Shown piece after piece: positions 18,998-28,223 of a stretch of 64,000 nt of DNA (positions within the stretch are counted from its first letter, which is position 1; the number at the start of each line of letters is the position of its first letter). Location of the stretch: contig CAKOSO010000001.1 of NCBI GenBank assembly GCA_934102355.1, positions 299,678-363,677 of the forward strand, read 5' to 3'. Source of the stretch: an uncultured Bacilli bacterium. GTDB lineage: Bacteria; Bacillota_I; Bacilli_A; RF39; UBA660. Under the pieces are notes generated by a model, which did not search any database, had not been told where the DNA came from, and saw nothing but the letters and a program-made list of their open reading frames with translations. A program made the translations under genes and the position numbers.

Positions 18998-19056
18998 AAT
19001 ATTGAGTTGCTAAAACAAAAAATAATAACTAATAAAGCATCAAGGGAGGTAATAAG

Positions 19057-19932
19057 TTGAAAGAAGAAAAAATGCATTTAGTAAACAAAATATTTAACAA
19101 TGAAACTATTAGAACTGTTTGGGATAAGGAACAAGAAAAATACTTTATAAGTATTGTTGATTTGATTGGGGTACTAACAGAAAGCAATAGACCAAGAAAA
19201 TACTGGAGTGACTTAAAAAGAAAATTAAAACAAGAAGGAAATGAAGTGTCCGAAAAAATCGGACAATTGAAATTAAAATCACAAGATGGTAAATATAGAT
19301 TAACTGATATTTGTGACATTGAAGAAATGTTTAGAATAATTGAATCAATACCAAGTAAAAATGCAGAACCAATTAAACAATGGTTAGCAAGATTAGGTAG
19401 TGAAAGAATAGATGAAACATTCGATCCATCTCTTACTGTACAAAGAGCAATAGATTTGTATAGAAAAAAAGGATACGACGAACAATGGATTTCAAAACGT
19501 ATCAGAAGCATTCAAGATAGAAAACAGTTAACTGATATATGGAAAGATGGAGGAATAACTGAAGCTAATGAATACAGTATTCTAACAAATGAAATATATA
19601 AAACATGGAGTGGAATGACTGCAAAAGAATATAAAAATTTTAAAGGCCTTAGAAAAGAATCTTTAAGAGATAATATGGATAATATTGAATTAATACTAAC
19701 CGACCTATCTGAAGAAGCAACAAAAAGAATAGCATCTAAACAAAAACCACAAGGGCTAAAAGAAAATATTAAAGTAGCACATAAAGGTGGCAACATAGCA
19801 AAACAAGCAAAAAACAGTCTTGAAAAAGAACTTGGTGAATTAATTGTAACAAAAAATAATAAATTAAATTATGAATATATTGATGAAAAACAAATTGAAA
19901 TAAATAAAAATAAAACTACTCTCAAATTTTAA
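19057..19932 (+). CDS. Bro-N domain / DinD-like (DNA-damage-inducible protein D family) protein
   Basis: N-terminus FNNETIRTVWD..KYFISIVDLIGVL....W..LK....SIPSKNAEPIKQWLA fits Bro-N. The C-terminal half parallels E. coli DinD. TTG start lies 7 nt after GGGAGG. Confidence 0.7.
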   Translation: MKEEKMHLVNKIFNNETIRTVWDKEQEKYFISIVDLIGVLTESNRPRKYWSDLKRKLKQEGNEVSEKIGQLKLKSQDGKYRLTDICDIEEMFRIIESIPSKNAEPIKQWLARLGSERIDETFDPSLTVQRAIDLYRKKGYDEQWISKRIRSIQDRKQLTDIWKDGGITEANEYSILTNEIYKTWSGMTAKEYKNFKGLRKESLRDNMDNIELILTDLSEEATKRIASKQKPQGLKENIKVAHKGGNIAKQAKNSLEKELGELIVTKNNKLNYEYIDEKQIEINKNKTTLKF

Positions 19933-19954
19933 TTGAAAGTAGTTTTTATATTAT

Positions 19955-19973
19955 CTCGAAAAATTCGAGTTTA
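19955..19973 (+). terminator. weak hairpin terminator after DinD-like gene
   Basis: CTCGAA-AAA-TTCGAG followed by TTT. The stem is short. Confidence 0.35.
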
Positions 19974-19982
19974 GTACCAATC

Positions 19983-20059
19983 TGGTAGCGAGAAAGAGAT
20001 TCGAACTCTTGACCGATCGGGTATGAACCGATTGCTCTAGCCAGCTGAGCTATCTCGCC
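19983..20059 (-). tRNA. tRNA-Met (anticodon CAU; elongator-like, Ile2-lysidine type not excluded)
   Basis: Minus strand reads GGCGAGATAGCTCAGCTGGCTAGAGCAATCGGTTCATACCCGATCGGTCAAGAGTTCGAATCTCTTTCTCGCTACCA. It folds as a cloverleaf with anticodon loop TT-CAT-AC and an encoded CCA. Confidence 0.85.
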
Positions 20060-20184
20060 ATAAAAGATAACAATAAAATAATAACATATTAACATTTCTT
20101 TTACAAGAGAAAATTTTATTTTTTTAATAATTAAAGACATTTTCAAAAAAATAATATATAATCTATTTATAAAAGGAGAATACA

Positions 20185-21000
20185 ATGAAAAGCGAAAAAA
20201 TAAAAAAATTCTTTACTATAGTAGTATTAATTGCATCAATTGCAACACTTATATTTTCTACATATAAAATAATAATGTGGTTTAAGGATAACAAAAAAAT
20301 ATCCAGTATAACTGAAACTATCATAGAAAATACCAAGATTGAAGAATTATTTCCAAGTGATAAATCAGAAAATGTAAATCCACCAGAAGATAAATTTGAT
20401 CCATACTGGGATTATATAAAAATGTCACTAATAAGTGTAGATTTTAAAGATTTATTAGAAAAAAACAGTGATACAACCGGATGGGTAAGAGTTGAAGGTA
20501 CATCAATAAACTACCCAGTTGTACAAGGAAATAATAATGAATATTATCTAAATCACTCATTTACAAAAGACTATAATTCTGCTGGATGGGTATATTTAGA
20601 TTATAGAAACAATAAAGATTTATCAGATCAAAATACTATAATTTATGGACACAGTAGAGTTGATGGTTCAATATTCCATAGTTTAAGAAATGTCTTAAAA
20701 GACAATTGGTATAAAAATAAAAACTATCACATTGTAAAATATTCAACACCAACAGAAAACACATTATGGCAAGTATTCTCAGTATACACAGTAAAAGAAG
20801 AATCATACTACATAACTCCAGGATTTGAAACAAGTGAAGAATTCAAATCATGGCTTGACACAATGAAAAAAAGAAGTAAATTCAACTTTAATACAACTGT
20901 AACAACAGATGATAAAATATTAACATTATCATCATGTTATGATACAAATGGTACAAGAATGGTTCTACATGCAAAATTAATTAAAAAAGAGGCAAGATAA
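20185..21000 (+). CDS. srtB: class B sortase
   Basis: N-terminal TM anchor. Motifs are YYLNHSF, IIYGHSR (His), TLSSC (Cys) and RMVLHAKL (Arg). Confidence 0.85.
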   Translation: MKSEKIKKFFTIVVLIASIATLIFSTYKIIMWFKDNKKISSITETIIENTKIEELFPSDKSENVNPPEDKFDPYWDYIKMSLISVDFKDLLEKNSDTTGWVRVEGTSINYPVVQGNNNEYYLNHSFTKDYNSAGWVYLDYRNNKDLSDQNTIIYGHSRVDGSIFHSLRNVLKDNWYKNKNYHIVKYSTPTENTLWQVFSVYTVKEESYYITPGFETSEEFKSWLDTMKKRSKFNFNTTVTTDDKILTLSSCYDTNGTRMVLHAKLIKKEAR

Positions 21001-21026
21001 AAGAGCTACAATAGCTCTTTTATTTT
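21001..21026 (+). terminator. intrinsic terminator of srtB
   Basis: AAGAGCTA-CAA-TAGCTCTT followed by TTATTTT. Confidence 0.7.
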
Positions 21027-21558
21027 ATATTGAAAACAATTCATTATTTTCTCTTTCATCACCAAGTATAGTTTTATCACCATGACCAGGATATATCTTA
21101 ACAGAAGAAGGATATTCCTTCATTTTCTTTAAACTCTGAATAAGATCTTTATAATTACCAGTAGGTAAATCAGTTCTACCTACCCCATCTTTAAATATAA
21201 AGTCTCCAGTAAACATAACCTCATATGCTGGAAAATAAAAACATATACTATCATCTGTATGCCCAGGAGTATAAATAACACGGAACTTAAAAGGATCTAA
21301 AAAGTGTTCTTGTTCAAATAAATTATTATAATCAAAAACCTTAACACCATATATACTAGCAATACTCTTAGCACATTTATTATGATCTTCATGATTATGT
21401 GTAACAAGAATAGCTAAAACATCAAGTCCTAATTCCTTAACTCTAGAAACAATAAAGTTTTCATCATCCCCAGGATCTATAATTAAACATTTACCATCAA
21501 GATATACAATATAACAATTTGTTCTTAATTTTCCTACTTTTAATATATCTATATTCAT
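21025..21558 (-). CDS. MBL-fold metallo-hydrolase
   Basis: THNHEDHN (HxHxDH) motif plus downstream TPGHT and GHG. Confidence 0.8.
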   Translation of the reverse strand: MNIDILKVGKLRTNCYIVYLDGKCLIIDPGDDENFIVSRVKELGLDVLAILVTHNHEDHNKCAKSIASIYGVKVFDYNNLFEQEHFLDPFKFRVIYTPGHTDDSICFYFPAYEVMFTGDFIFKDGVGRTDLPTGNYKDLIQSLKKMKEYPSSVKIYPGHGDKTILGDERENNELFSI

Positions 21559-22853
21559 TTTAAACCCTTCTTATATGCTTCCCTTAAATACTTAGAATCC
21601 TTACATCCCATAAATAATATTACAGAATTCTTATAATCATATAACTTAGATATTTCTTCTTCACTTATATGTTCACAATTCGGAACTAAATCCATAATCA
21701 TATGATAATTAACATTAGGATAATCCACTAACTTTTCACGTGCTGGTTCAACATCAGTAACAAAAGCCTTATCTGCTAAAGAAATAACATCAGCGAAATC
21801 TTTGTAAAAAGCTTCTGTTCTTGATAATGTATAAGGTATTAATACAGCAACTACTTTCTTTTCTGGATACTTTTGTCTTGCAGTTTCAATTACAGTTTTA
21901 ACTTCCACTGGATGATGAGCATAATCATCAACTAAAATAGAGTCACCTACTACTTCTTCAGCAAACCTTCTTTTAGCACCAGGAAATGTATCTAAATAAT
22001 TCAAAATATCATCTTTAGAAATGCCCTTTAGATAAGACATATAAATGCATGCTAATGCATCAAGAATCATATGATTTCCATATAATTTTATATCGAAATG
22101 TTCATAAAACTCACCTTTAATATAAACATCAAAAGAACTATCATATTGATTTAATTTAACATTTTTAGCAACCACATCATTATTATCATTAAAGCCATAG
22201 TAAACTATCTTATCTGACTTTAAACGTCTTACATTTAAATCATCACCACACGCTATAACAGTATTTTTAGTTTTATCAACAAACTGTTGAAATACCGAAA
22301 CTATTTCATCAATATTTTTATAACAATCAACATGATCTAAATCAATATTAGTAATAATAGTATAATCTGGATCATAAGCAAGAAAATGCCTTTCAAATTC
22401 ACAAGATTCAACAACTAAAAGATTAGAATTTTTATCTAAAAAACCAGTGCCATCTCCTATTATATAATTAGTACCAATTGTATTTGAAAATATTCTAGAC
22501 AACATTGCAGTTGTAGTAGTTTTTCCATGAGTTCCAGAAATACAAATAGATTCATACTTTTTAGTCAACTCACCTATCATTTCAAAATAACTAAATATAG
22601 GAAGCCCTAACTCTTTAGCTTTAATATATGATTTATGATCTTTATGAATAGCAGCAGTATGAACATAAATCATACCTTTTTCCATATGAGATAAATCATT
22701 ATAAATAGGAATACCTCTTTCTACCAAAGGCTTATCAGATTCTGCAGTATGATTGAAATCATCATAACCAATTATTTCATTTCCAGAATCATAAAGCATA
22801 GTAGCTAAAGCACTCATTCCAGATCCTTTAATACCTGCAAAAAAATATTTCAT
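21555..22853 (-). CDS. murC: UDP-N-acetylmuramate--L-alanine ligase
   Basis: GIKGSGMSALA and GTHGKTTTT Mur ligase motifs. Confidence 0.95.
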   Translation of the reverse strand: MKYFFAGIKGSGMSALATMLYDSGNEIIGYDDFNHTAESDKPLVERGIPIYNDLSHMEKGMIYVHTAAIHKDHKSYIKAKELGLPIFSYFEMIGELTKKYESICISGTHGKTTTTAMLSRIFSNTIGTNYIIGDGTGFLDKNSNLLVVESCEFERHFLAYDPDYTIITNIDLDHVDCYKNIDEIVSVFQQFVDKTKNTVIACGDDLNVRRLKSDKIVYYGFNDNNDVVAKNVKLNQYDSSFDVYIKGEFYEHFDIKLYGNHMILDALACIYMSYLKGISKDDILNYLDTFPGAKRRFAEEVVGDSILVDDYAHHPVEVKTVIETARQKYPEKKVVAVLIPYTLSRTEAFYKDFADVISLADKAFVTDVEPAREKLVDYPNVNYHMIMDLVPNCEHISEEEISKLYDYKNSVILFMGCKDSKYLREAYKKGLK

Positions 22854-22879
22854 AAACCCACAACCTTCCTAATAAAATA

Positions 22880-24172
22880 TTATTTTATATTTTTTGGTTT
22901 TATAACTTCTAAACCACCCATATAAGGTCTAAGAACAGGAGGAATACTAATAGTTCCATCCTCATTATAATTATTTTCTAAGAAAGCTATTAAAGCTCTT
23001 GTAGAAGCAAGAACAGTATTATTTAAAGTATGTGCAAAATAATTACCATCTTCACCCTTAATTCTTATACCAAGTCTTCTTGCTTGAGCATCACCAAGTA
23101 TTGAACAAGATCCAACCTCAAAATATTTCTTTTGTCTTGGACTCCAAGCTTCAACATCACATGACTTAACTTTTAAATCAGCCAAATCACCACTACAACA
23201 CTCTAATGTTCTAACTGGTATACCTAAATTATTAAATATTTCAACAGTATAATTCCACATCTTATCATACCAATCAAATGAATCTTTAGGTTCACAAATA
23301 ACAATCATTTCTTGTTTTTCAAACTGATGAACACGATAAATACCTCTTTCTTCTATACCATGAGCACCAACTTCTTTTCTAAAACAAGGAGAATAAGATG
23401 TCATTGTAATAGGTAATTCATTCTTTTTAATTATTTGTCCTTTAAATTTACCAATCATTGAATGTTCACTAGTTCCGATTAAATATAAATCTTCACCTTC
23501 TATTTTATACATCATAGCATCCATTTCAGCAAAACTCATAACACCATTTACTACATCACTTCTTATCATAAATGGAGGAATACAATAAATAAATCCTTTA
23601 TCTATCATATAATCTCTAGCATAATTAAGCATAGCAGTACTAAGTCTTGCAGCATCACCCATTAAATAATAAAAACCATTACCACTTGTTCTACCACTAG
23701 CTTCCTTATCTAACCCATTAATAGATATTAAAATATCAGCATGATATGGTATTTCAAAATCCGGAACAACTGGTTCACCATATTTTTTAAGTTCAACATT
23801 TTCACTATCATCACGACCAATAGGAACTGATTTATCAATAATATTTGGAATTACCATCATTTTTTCTTTAATAATAATATTTAAATTTTCTTCATCATGT
23901 TCCAAGGTTGTAATCTTTTCATTTATAGCACTAACTTCATTCTTAATAAGAAGAGCTTCATCTGCCTTCTTATCACGCATAAGACTTCCAATTTTATCAC
24001 TTAATACTTTTCTTTGATTACGAAGTAAATCACCTTCTTGTTTTATACTTCTTACTTTCTTATCAAGTTCAAAAACCTCATCAACTAAAGGTAACTTTTC
24101 ATCTTGAAACTTTTTCTTAATATTTTCTTTTACTAAATCTTTATCATTTCTAATTAAATTAATATCTATCAT
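22880..24172 (-). CDS. serS: seryl-tRNA synthetase
   Basis: N-terminal coiled-coil arm and class II motifs (FRKEVGAHG, TLNNT..A..R). Confidence 0.95.
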   Translation of the reverse strand: MIDINLIRNDKDLVKENIKKKFQDEKLPLVDEVFELDKKVRSIKQEGDLLRNQRKVLSDKIGSLMRDKKADEALLIKNEVSAINEKITTLEHDEENLNIIIKEKMMVIPNIIDKSVPIGRDDSENVELKKYGEPVVPDFEIPYHADILISINGLDKEASGRTSGNGFYYLMGDAARLSTAMLNYARDYMIDKGFIYCIPPFMIRSDVVNGVMSFAEMDAMMYKIEGEDLYLIGTSEHSMIGKFKGQIIKKNELPITMTSYSPCFRKEVGAHGIEERGIYRVHQFEKQEMIVICEPKDSFDWYDKMWNYTVEIFNNLGIPVRTLECCSGDLADLKVKSCDVEAWSPRQKKYFEVGSCSILGDAQARRLGIRIKGEDGNYFAHTLNNTVLASTRALIAFLENNYNEDGTISIPPVLRPYMGGLEVIKPKNIK

Positions 24173-24224
24173 AAAATCGCTTCCTCATTACAAATATTCT
24201 ACCAAAAATATATAAAATAGTAAA

Positions 24225-25121
24225 CTATATTTTAGATAAGAACAATTCCATTCCAAGTCTCTTATCTATAGCACCAGACTTTATTTTTATATCTAGTTCA
24301 CTAAGTTCTTTTAAGTAATTTAATACATCATCTTCTGTATAATTATAACCTTGTTCTTTCAAAAGTTTAAATCTATATGGATGTATCTTTAATCTTTTAA
24401 TAACATCATCATCAAGCATATCTTTACATAATACTTTGATTTTATATATTAATCTGTAGTTATTAGCTAAAATACTTATTATCTTAATCTCATCATCATT
24501 ATTAACTAATTCATAAAATATTGAAAATACTTTTACTTTATCTTTTTTATTAACTGCATCAATCAAAGAAAAAATATTTCCATCAAAACTTTTACTTACT
24601 ACAAGCTTAATATCATCTCTATTAATTACCTTATCATCTTGTTTATAAAGCTTTAATTTTTCCACTTCATTTAGAGCCCTATTGTAATTATTATCAACAT
24701 AATCCTTTAATAAGAGCATATCACTAAAACTAATTTTATAATCCTTCAAGGATTCTTTAATATAATCTAAAACATCATATTTAAAACATTCTTTATATGA
24801 ACAATTTTTCTTTAATTCTTTAACATATGACAATTTATCATTTAATTTATCAAAACTTATTAATACTAAAATATTATCATTTTGATTTTTTAAATAACTC
24901 ACTAATATATCACTATCAGTAATTTTATCTAGATTATAAACAATTATCATTTTTTTATTATCAAATAAACTAAATGTATTAATATCATCTATTGCATCTC
25001 TTATCGAACAATTATCCAAATCATATCTGCTAATAGAATTATTATCTATTTTTTCTTTTTCTCTTATTTCATTAACAAATTTTTCAATTAAATCCTTTTC
25101 ACCAACAAATAAATAAGTCAT
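24225..25121 (-). CDS. holA: DNA polymerase III delta subunit
   Basis: About 300 aa with delta-like layout and motifs. ATG 25121 follows a GAGGTGAG RBS. The assignment rests on general resemblance only. Confidence 0.65.
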   Translation of the reverse strand: MTYLFVGEKDLIEKFVNEIREKEKIDNNSISRYDLDNCSIRDAIDDINTFSLFDNKKMIIVYNLDKITDSDILVSYLKNQNDNILVLISFDKLNDKLSYVKELKKNCSYKECFKYDVLDYIKESLKDYKISFSDMLLLKDYVDNNYNRALNEVEKLKLYKQDDKVINRDDIKLVVSKSFDGNIFSLIDAVNKKDKVKVFSIFYELVNNDDEIKIISILANNYRLIYKIKVLCKDMLDDDVIKRLKIHPYRFKLLKEQGYNYTEDDVLNYLKELSELDIKIKSGAIDKRLGMELFLSKI

Positions 25122-25167
25122 ATGTCTCACCTCACTAGATACTAATATTTTACTACATTTTACCAAA

Positions 25168-25194
25168 TCAAAAAAGCACTTTTAATGCTTTTTA
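25168..25194 (-). terminator. intrinsic terminator of sigE
   Basis: Minus-strand AAAAAGCA-TTAAAAG-TGCTTTTT followed by a T-run, starting at the stop codon. Confidence 0.7.
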
Positions 25195-25878
25195 AACTTT
25201 CATTATATTTTTAAGTCTTTTTAAAACCTTTTTTTCTATTCTTGATATATATGACTGACTTATTTGTAACCGTTCTGCTAAATCTTTTTGAGTCATTTCC
25301 TCTTTACCATCAAGACCATATCTTAACACTATAATCTCCCTATCTCTATCATCAAGTTTAGAAAGTTCTTTTCTCAATATTTCTTTATCTATCTCATCAT
25401 CTAAAGGTTTAGTAACAATATTATAATCAGTACCTAATATATCTTCAAGATGAAGTTCATTACCATCACCATCAAAAGATAATGATTCTTCTAATGATAT
25501 ATCACCCTTAGTTTTCTTATTTTTCCTTAAAAACATTAATATTTCATTATCAATACAACGTGATGCATAAGTAGCAAGTTTTATATTCTTTTCTAACGAA
25601 AAAGTATTAATTCCTTTAATCAAACCAATCGAACCAATGCTAACTAAATCCTCTAAATCAACCTTAGTATTCTCATATTTTTTAGCTAAAAAAACAACAA
25701 GTCTTAAGTTATGTTCAATAAGCTTATTTCGAGCTTCTTCATCACCCTTTTCCTTTAAAAGAACAAGTTTTTCTTCCTCTTCTTTTGGTAATGGTGGTGG
25801 CAAAACATCAGTTGCACCAACAAAATAAATACCCTTACTGCTAAAAAGCTTTTTTAAAAATTTTAATATCTTTTTCAT
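25192..25878 (-). CDS. sigE: sporulation sigma factor SigE precursor (pro-sigma-E)
   Basis: Close to B. subtilis SigE: ..LPPPL.KEEE, IEHNLRLVVFLAKKYENT, KLATYASRCIDNEILMFLRK, ISQSYISRIEK. It has an N-terminal pro-sequence. Its ATG overlaps the spoIIGA TGA stop as ATGA. Confidence 0.9.
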   Translation of the reverse strand: MKKILKFLKKLFSSKGIYFVGATDVLPPPLPKEEEEKLVLLKEKGDEEARNKLIEHNLRLVVFLAKKYENTKVDLEDLVSIGSIGLIKGINTFSLEKNIKLATYASRCIDNEILMFLRKNKKTKGDISLEESLSFDGDGNELHLEDILGTDYNIVTKPLDDEIDKEILRKELSKLDDRDREIIVLRYGLDGKEEMTQKDLAERLQISQSYISRIEKKVLKRLKNIMKV

Positions 25879-26654
25879 AAATCCTCCCATAAATTTTTAT
25901 TCAAAATTATATCTATACCAGAAATTTTAAATTTCTCCGGTGAAATTCCCACTAACACTTTGTTAAAAAATCCCCTATTAGAAATATATACTTTATCTAC
26001 AATAAAACATTCCATAATGCTATCACCGTTTATAGTATTAAATGGTACCAATATTTTCTTACCAGAAAAAGAATAATTTCCTTTATTAATAATTAGTATT
26101 GGTTTTTTAAAAAATGGATCAGATAAACAATTACCAGTATCCAAAAAACCAACTAAATCAACAACTTTACCATTATCATATAACTGAACTTTATATCGTA
26201 AATCTATATCTTTATTTTTTCTTAATTTTCTAACATAAAAAAATAATATAATTACTGAAACAATTAAAAGAATAAATAAATTACTTTTCTTACCATTAGT
26301 AAAAAAAACAAGACCACTATTTGAATAACCTCTACTTACATTTAAAAGATACAATCCACCTCCCAAAATAATACTAAGTATCATTAAATAAAAGAAATTA
26401 TTAAAGGTATATTTAAAACTTTTAAACCCAAATGCAATAATTACCATAACAATACCAAGTAACATCTTTAATATAAAAAATGATAATGAAGATATATTTA
26501 AAAACATAACAAATATAGAAAATCCACCAAATAAAGATGAAAGTATAATTCTTATTAATTTTGTATTATGTTTTAATAAAATTGAAAGGAAAATAATAAG
26601 TATAAAGTCAAATAAAAAATTAATAAAAAAAACATAGTCTAAATATATTTTCAC
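25875..26654 (-). CDS. spoIIGA: sigma-E processing peptidase SpoIIGA
   Basis: Five N-terminal TM helices, a GFLDTGN aspartic-protease motif, and a position directly upstream of sigE. GTG start follows a GGTGG RBS. Confidence 0.8.
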   Translation of the reverse strand: MKIYLDYVFFINFLFDFILIIFLSILLKHNTKLIRIILSSLFGGFSIFVMFLNISSLSFFILKMLLGIVMVIIAFGFKSFKYTFNNFFYLMILSIILGGGLYLLNVSRGYSNSGLVFFTNGKKSNLFILLIVSVIILFFYVRKLRKNKDIDLRYKVQLYDNGKVVDLVGFLDTGNCLSDPFFKKPILIINKGNYSFSGKKILVPFNTINGDSIMECFIVDKVYISNRGFFNKVLVGISPEKFKISGIDIILNKNLWEDL

Positions 26655-26696
26655 TATACCACCAAAATAAGTATATTTAAAAACATATAAAAACTA

Positions 26697-26703
26697 TGTC
26701 GAT
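26697..26703. promoter_or_regulatory. possible Spo0A box upstream of spoIIGA
   Basis: TGTCGAT matches the 0A box TGTCGAA at 6 of 7 positions. It lies 43-49 nt upstream of the start. This is a single short match in AT-rich DNA. Confidence 0.25.
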
Positions 26704-26720
26704 TTTATTAATTAATTTTT

Positions 26721-28220
26721 TTAGTTATCTTTATCTTTTTTATTAATACTATCTTTTATAAATCCTGCTACAGCATTATTATCAGTTAAAGCACTAACAA
26801 CACTATTTTTAATATTTACACTATTCATAGAATCAAGTATTCCTTTTCCAGCATTACCATTAAGTTTAGTATTATTAGCTCCTTCCATAATAGAACTAGA
26901 TAAACCTTTTTTTGTTTTAACAAATTTATCAACTTGTTTTAAATTAGACATATTAGTTTTAGTATCTGTTTCATATGTATGTCTTGCATCAGAATTCCTA
27001 TATCTTAAATACATAATTATAAAATAAATAACCCCAACTAATAAAAATAGCCATCTTACATCAGAATCAACAAAAATCATAGCAATAATTCCCAGCAATT
27101 CAATTAAACCTGAAATCAAAAGCAATTTAGGCATATGAATTGGAACACTTCCCATCGTCTCCTTAGTTCTTGCATTAACAGCAACATAATGAAGCATTTT
27201 TTTATTTCCCTTAACTTGTTGATAACTATAAAGCCATACTGGTAAATATGCAGCTTGCCATTGTTCACCCTTTATATTAAGATTTTCGTCTTTCCAACAA
27301 ACACCTCTATCATAAGTTTTAAGTGTTTCATTACAAGAAAATCTTGCGATATCCATCGTTTGAACATTAACTAAGCCACTAAGTTGATCTATATTAGTGT
27401 CCCTTTTCTCAGAAGAAAAACCTTTTAAATAATTTGCATTCCATTTAACACAATTTTCTACATCAAAAGGCATTATAGAATTAATTACATTATTTGTCTT
27501 TTCAGATGAAGTATTATTTAATTTATCAGCACTTGATTCTACTGATAAGCCATTAATAGTTATATCAAAACTTCTTCCAACATCATATAAATCAGCATCA
27601 TAATAAGCTTTTTGACTATTACCATTACTTACATAATATTTCCTTACTTGATGTTCCCCTTGGCCAACAAAATCAGCATGAGCATTAACATCAACTAACA
27701 TATATGGAAAATAAACACCCATAATATTCTCAGTTGTAAATTCTTGTCTAAACTTTGGATGTGCAAAGAATTTTCTCTTTCCTACAAATTTTTGAATTTC
27801 AGATTGAGCTTCGTCTTTAGAAATTTTAAACGGTAAAACAACATCCGGAATACTACCATTCGGAATTTGTTCATTAACAGATAAAGTATTTCTACACCAG
27901 TGACATCTAGCTTGAGTAGCACATGAAGTATCTATAACAACTTCGGATCCACAACTGCTACATTTAAATGTTAAAACATCCTTTGTATCTGCAACAATAT
28001 CCTGAGTTCCCGATCCAACAACTCTACCAGCAAGTTTTGATATATCAGTTTCTAATCCATCAACTTTTTCTGCTTCAAACTCATGACGACAAAAATTACA
28101 TCTTAAAAGTCCTTTTTTAACACTAAGAGAAATATCAGTAGAGCCACACTTCGGACATTTTTCTTGGCCATTTTTTGCACCAATATCAGTTTTAACAACT
28201 TTTACATTATCATTATTCAT
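26721..28220 (-). CDS. double zinc-ribbon membrane protein (YdjG-like partner of SPFH protein)
   Basis: Two zinc ribbons: CPKCG-x15-CNFC and CSSCG-x17-CHWC. Two TM helices near residues 370-410. Starts 3 nt after the upstream gene's stop. Confidence 0.6.
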   Translation of the reverse strand: MNNDNVKVVKTDIGAKNGQEKCPKCGSTDISLSVKKGLLRCNFCRHEFEAEKVDGLETDISKLAGRVVGSGTQDIVADTKDVLTFKCSSCGSEVVIDTSCATQARCHWCRNTLSVNEQIPNGSIPDVVLPFKISKDEAQSEIQKFVGKRKFFAHPKFRQEFTTENIMGVYFPYMLVDVNAHADFVGQGEHQVRKYYVSNGNSQKAYYDADLYDVGRSFDITINGLSVESSADKLNNTSSEKTNNVINSIMPFDVENCVKWNANYLKGFSSEKRDTNIDQLSGLVNVQTMDIARFSCNETLKTYDRGVCWKDENLNIKGEQWQAAYLPVWLYSYQQVKGNKKMLHYVAVNARTKETMGSVPIHMPKLLLISGLIELLGIIAMIFVDSDVRWLFLLVGVIYFIIMYLRYRNSDARHTYETDTKTNMSNLKQVDKFVKTKKGLSSSIMEGANNTKLNGNAGKGILDSMNSVNIKNSVVSALTDNNAVAGFIKDSINKKDKDN

Positions 28221-28223
28221 TTA

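Noticed and set aside
19029-19511. 160-aa antisense ORF opposite the Bro-N/DinD-like gene, and 19512-19796 likewise.
   Set aside because: There is no RBS and the product is Ser/Leu/Phe-rich junk. The sense-strand gene has an RBS, a promoter with operator, and a clear domain match.
18903-20184. Possible integrated element or prophage remnant at tRNA-Met (a Bro-N gene beside a tRNA).
   Set aside because: There is no integrase, no other phage genes, and I could find no direct repeat of the tRNA 3' end to the left of the gene. At most it is a single domesticated gene.
19946-20185. 79-aa track ORF on the minus strand.
   Set aside because: It is read straight through tRNA-Met (19983-20059) and its promoter, so it is not a protein gene.
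24173-24224. Expected T-box leader upstream of serS, and likewise upstream of gltX at 56767-56785.
   Set aside because: The spacers are only 52 nt and 19 nt, far too short for a T-box riboswitch of 200 nt or more. No T-box sequence is seen.
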